DNA of 26,527 nt. Origin: a virus (Duplodnaviria > Caudoviricetes). How positions within the stretch are numbered: position 1 is the first letter of the stretch; each line of letters begins with the position of its first letter. The position numbers and the translations under genes were made by a program. Location: positions 1 to 26,527 of the IMG/VR virus record IMGVR_UViG_3300017766_003993. The stretch is one strand, 5' to 3'. Of the stretch, positions 23,620-26,527 are shown piece by piece. The notes under the pieces are model-generated. The model was not told the origin of the DNA and did no database searches. It saw only the letters and a list, made by a program, of their open reading frames with translations.

Positions 23620-24335
23620 TAATACTCTCCTGTCTGCAAAAACTTCGGAATCTCGAACCGGTGGGCCCTGAACTCGTTGCCCGTTTCCGGCTCGATCATG
23701 GTCAGTCGACCGTCGGCCAGAAACGAGCCGGTGTCGATGAAAACGTGGGACTCGACGCGCAACGTCCGATGCACGGGCGTGTGGCCGACGAAGGTCGTGG
23801 AAAGCCCATCCTGCTTGCCGTCGGGGAACCCCTGCGCGATGGACCGGCCCCACAGGATCGTCTGAATCTGATCCCGGTTGAACTCGCCCTTGTCGATGTC
23901 GGCGTCGGAGCCGAAGAACTCGGCGTGCAGGACGTTGAAGCGGCCACGACGCCCGTTGACGACGATGACGAGCGGCAGCCCGAGCGCGAGCTTGAAGGCT
24001 TCCTCGCGCTCATCCGCCGTCGTGTTGAGCCACCACTTCCCGCCATTCTGCATCCAGCTTGTCGGGTTGCCCTTGCGCGTCCGGATCAGCATGTCCTCGT
24101 GATTCGCCCGCACCGCATGAAACCACGGCTCGCCGGCCAGACGCAGCGCCCCGAGCGAATCGGGCCCGCGATCCACGAGATCGCCCACGCTGAACAGCCG
24201 ATCCACCTCGCGCGAGAACCCCGCCTTGCGCATCAGCAGATGGAGCAACGCCGTGTGCCCATGGATGTCACCCACGACGAAATCACGACCCTGCTCGTTG
24301 GGGCCAAACACCTTCACCATCGGACTCGTAAACAT
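23619..24335 (-). CDS. NinI-like Ser/Thr protein phosphatase (metallophosphoesterase)
   Basis: GDIHG, VGDLVDRGPDS, RANHE, GHTP and IDTG motifs, as in lambda phosphatase. Confidence 0.9.
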   Translation of the reverse strand: MFTSPMVKVFGPNEQGRDFVVGDIHGHTALLHLLMRKAGFSREVDRLFSVGDLVDRGPDSLGALRLAGEPWFHAVRANHEDMLIRTRKGNPTSWMQNGGKWWLNTTADEREEAFKLALGLPLVIVVNGRRGRFNVLHAEFFGSDADIDKGEFNRDQIQTILWGRSIAQGFPDGKQDGLSTTFVGHTPVHRTLRVESHVFIDTGSFLADGRLTMIEPETGNEFRAHRFEIPKFLQTGEY

Positions 24336-24404
24336 GCCTACTCCTGATCGAAACCGGACACCGCGTTCAATTTTCTTGCACGCGGTATCCAGAAATCCCG
24401 GGTT

Positions 24405-24608
24405 TTAACCGACCTCGCTGAACGCGGCGATCCGCGCGCCGAGCACCGCACTCAGGGCGCACATCAGATGGCGCTGAGTGTTCATCCGCTCCTGCTCGGC
24501 CAGCGGCATGCCGGCGAACGTGCGGCTGTTGCTGAACAGGATCAGCGACTCAAGCCGGTCGTCCAGTTCCTTCTTCTCGTCGACAACCCTCTGCTGATAC
24601 GCCTGCAT
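24405..24608 (-). CDS. Small conserved phage protein (crAss001_48-like)
   Basis: MQAYQQRVVDEKKELDDRLESL...Q..LM..LSAVLGARI; strong AAGGAGGTGA SD. Confidence 0.75.
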   Translation of the reverse strand: MQAYQQRVVDEKKELDDRLESLILFSNSRTFAGMPLAEQERMNTQRHLMCALSAVLGARIAAFSEVG

Positions 24609-24635
24609 GACTCACCTCCTTGGTTGGGAGACATG

Positions 24636-24664
24636 AGTGTAAAGGGGCGCGTCGAGCCTGTCAA
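24636..24664 (-). promoter_or_regulatory. Sigma70-type promoter for the leftward accessory operon
   Basis: TTGACA-N17-TACACT on the minus strand. Confidence 0.8.
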
Positions 24665-24672
24665 GGGCTGAC

Positions 24673-24695
24673 GGCTCCGCCCTGAGGGCGGAACC
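24673..24695. repeat. 23-bp palindromic site, copy 2 (between divergent promoters)
   Basis: GGCTCCGCCCTGAGGGCGGAACC; 22/23 identical to copy 1. Confidence 0.85.
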
Positions 24696-24706
24696 CCAAA
24701 TAAGGC

Positions 24707-24735
24707 TTGCATCTTGGCCCGCCGCGCCCCACAAT
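24707..24735 (+). promoter_or_regulatory. Sigma70-type promoter for the helicase gene
   Basis: TTGCAT-N17-CACAAT. Confidence 0.55.
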
Positions 24736-24764
24736 GTCAAGACGTTTACACCAGCGAGTAGCTC

Positions 24765-25850
24765 ATGGAATGGTCACCGCAGCAAAGCGACGCTCTGAAA
24801 AAAATTCAGAACTGGCTCAATAACAAGAGAGGCCCGCAAATCTTCCGACTGTTCGGGTTCGCTGGCGTCGGCAAAACCACACTGGCACGAGAAGTCGAGT
24901 CGATGACTGACAAGGTGCTATACGCCACCTTCACCGGCAAGGCCGCGCTCGTCCTGCGCAGAAAGGGATGCGAAGGCGCGACCACCATCCACAGCCTGAT
25001 CTACAAGGTCAAGATCAACCCCATCACGAAAAAGCCCGAATTCACCATCAACCAAGACAGCGAACTAAGAAGGGCTCGCGTGCTTGTCCTCGACGAGGTG
25101 TCGATGGTGGGCGAAGAACTCGCAAAGGACCTACTCAGCTTTGGCGTGAAAATCCTCGCACTCGGCGATCCTTTCCAGCTTCCGCCCGTCAAGGACTCCG
25201 GCTATTTCACCAATGCGAAGCCCGACCACCTGCTCACGGAAATCCACAGACAGGCGAAAGACAATCCCATCATCCGCATGTCGATGGACATTCGAGAGGG
25301 CAAGACACTCGAATACGGCCAGTACGGCGAGAGCCGGGTGATCCCTCGCTCCGCGCTCGGGCAGCGCCGCGTTCTGGCCGCCGACCAAGTTCTCTGCGGC
25401 CTGAACAACTCCCGGCGCTCCTTCAACATGAAGCTCCGCTCGATGAAGGGCATCGAGTCCCCCGACCCGGTAGTCGGCGACCGGCTCGTCTGCCTGCGCA
25501 ACAACCGGGAGAAGGCCCTCCTGAACGGCGGGCTCTGGACCGTGGAGAGCATCGCGTCGACGCGGCCCGTGGTCGACATGATCGTTCGCCCCGACGACGA
25601 AGCCCCTCCTACCCGCGTCGAGGTGCCTATCCAGTTCTTCCAAGGGAGAGAGAACGACCTGTCGTGGCAGGAGAAGTTGGGCATGGACCAGTTCGACTTC
25701 GGCTACGCCCTCACCGTCCACAAGTCACAGGGCAGCCAGTGGAACGACATCGTGCTGTTCGACGAGTCCCAATCCTTCCGCGACGACGCGGCGCGCTGGC
25801 TCTACACAGGCGTGACCCGCGCGGCCAGCCGGATCGACGTGGTGAAGTGA
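24765..25850 (+). CDS. RecD/Dda-like superfamily 1B helicase
   Basis: GFAGVGKTT, TFTGKAA, TIHSLIY, DEVSMV, GDPFQLPPV, LTEIHRQ, YALTVHKSQGSQW, YTGVTRA. Confidence 0.92.
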   Translation: MEWSPQQSDALKKIQNWLNNKRGPQIFRLFGFAGVGKTTLAREVESMTDKVLYATFTGKAALVLRRKGCEGATTIHSLIYKVKINPITKKPEFTINQDSELRRARVLVLDEVSMVGEELAKDLLSFGVKILALGDPFQLPPVKDSGYFTNAKPDHLLTEIHRQAKDNPIIRMSMDIREGKTLEYGQYGESRVIPRSALGQRRVLAADQVLCGLNNSRRSFNMKLRSMKGIESPDPVVGDRLVCLRNNREKALLNGGLWTVESIASTRPVVDMIVRPDDEAPPTRVEVPIQFFQGRENDLSWQEKLGMDQFDFGYALTVHKSQGSQWNDIVLFDESQSFRDDAARWLYTGVTRAASRIDVVK

Positions 25851-25859
25851 GGCTCCGCC

Positions 25860-26252
25860 CTATCTGAAGGCGAGGCGCGACCTCGGGAAGTCGCCGAGGT
25901 TCGGAGGCGGCAGGGCTGCCGGCATCTGCATTTGCGCAGACGCACCCTGCCCGATGTCCGCGCCGGTCGTGAAGGCGCGGTTCACGTCGACCGCCGAGCG
26001 CATCGAGCGCAGCGCCGGCAGGTTCACCATGTTGGCCGTCGGTATCAGGGCGGAGCGGCCTGCCTTCAGGAAGCCCATGCCCGGGATGATCGAGGCGGCG
26101 GCCAGCGCACCCTCGGCTTGGTCGCCCCGCTCAAGAGCCCGCTGGTAGTCCCACACCGCCATTGCCTGTCCAACTCCCGGAGCCAGAGACAGGGCCCCAC
26201 GAAGCATCGGGTTCTGTTCGGCCCACAGGTAGTAGTCGTCGCGGATGTTCAT
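25860..26252 (-). CDS. Orphan protein with a pre-toxin (PT-TG-like) motif
   Basis: 130 aa from ATG 26252; LSLAPGVGQAMAVWDYQRALERGDQAEGALAAASIIPGMG. TATAGT lies 6 nt before the ATG (possibly leaderless). Confidence 0.6.
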   Translation of the reverse strand: MNIRDDYYLWAEQNPMLRGALSLAPGVGQAMAVWDYQRALERGDQAEGALAAASIIPGMGFLKAGRSALIPTANMVNLPALRSMRSAVDVNRAFTTGADIGQGASAQMQMPAALPPPNLGDFPRSRLAFR

Positions 26253-26286
26253 GTCCCAACTATAGGACAGAGCGGAGATTAGGTGA

Positions 26287-26309
26287 GGCTCCGCCCCGGA
26301 GGCGGAACC
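26287..26309. repeat. 23-bp palindromic site, copy 3
   Basis: GGCTCCGCCCCGGAGGCGGAACC; same 9-bp arms, different centre. Confidence 0.8.
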
Positions 26310-26357
26310 ACCCCCCTCGACGCGCCGCTGGCCGATCCCACAGGGAGAGAGGGATAG

Positions 26358-26527
26358 AAGGGGAGATAGCTGCTCGGCATGGGAGGGGGAGCGGGGCTCG
26401 CCTTCAACCCACCCCTTGACATCAAGAGCCAAGGCGGAGCGGGGTCGGTGGACAAACCCACCCCTTGACATCGACGGATGAGGGGGTGCGGGAGAGGCGG
26501 ACAGACCCACCCCTTGACGCCAAGAAA
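26358..26527. repeat. Degenerate 49-bp tandem repeat, runs off the right edge
   Basis: Core ACCCACCCCTTGAC at 26407, 26456 and 26505; the intervening G-rich segments resemble each other. Confidence 0.8.

Noticed and set aside
26253-26510. Upstream extension of the 25860 ORF to 216 aa
   Set aside because: It runs through the palindrome and tandem repeat and gives low-complexity sequence; ATG 26252 is preferred.
26407-26527. CRISPR array
   Set aside because: The invariant core is only 14 bp and the spacers resemble each other, as in a degenerate tandem repeat. No cas genes are present.

Overview
The window is a GC-rich segment of a tailed dsDNA phage genome; the host is probably a proteobacterium. 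It has five parts. (1) 1-8563, minus strand: a head/packaging module with large terminase, portal, small proteins, a GroES-like co-chaperonin, scaffold, a conserved head-module gene interrupted by an in-frame TAG, a decoration-type protein, the major capsid protein and a truncated structural gene. (2) 8627-16822, mostly plus strand: a replication/recombination module with a ParB-like protein, SF2 helicase, primase, an inverted Ref-like nuclease, NinB, a SAM methyltransferase, Erf, a YqaJ exonuclease, SSB and MazG. (3) 16837-18024, minus strand: a roughly 1.15 kb non-coding unit with its own promoter and terminator. It holds four tRNAs (Thr, Arg, Gly, Met), a c4-like RNA with a large insert, a tRNA-shaped RNA with no anticodon loop and several other closed RNA domains. 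(4) 17999-24608, minus strand: small accessory genes, including Lar-like, DUF4326-like and NinI phosphatase genes. (5) 24636-26527: divergent promoters, a RecD/Dda-like helicase, a direct-repeat-flanked orphan gene and a 49-bp-period repeat. The most notable signals are a 23-bp palindrome (GGCTCCGCC-N5-GGCGGAACC) that lies in-frame inside the ParB-like gene and recurs at gene and promoter boundaries; the ncRNA array; the amber codon in a conserved head gene; and a terminase carrying a second, degenerate nuclease domain. All family assignments come from motif recognition by eye; no searches were run.
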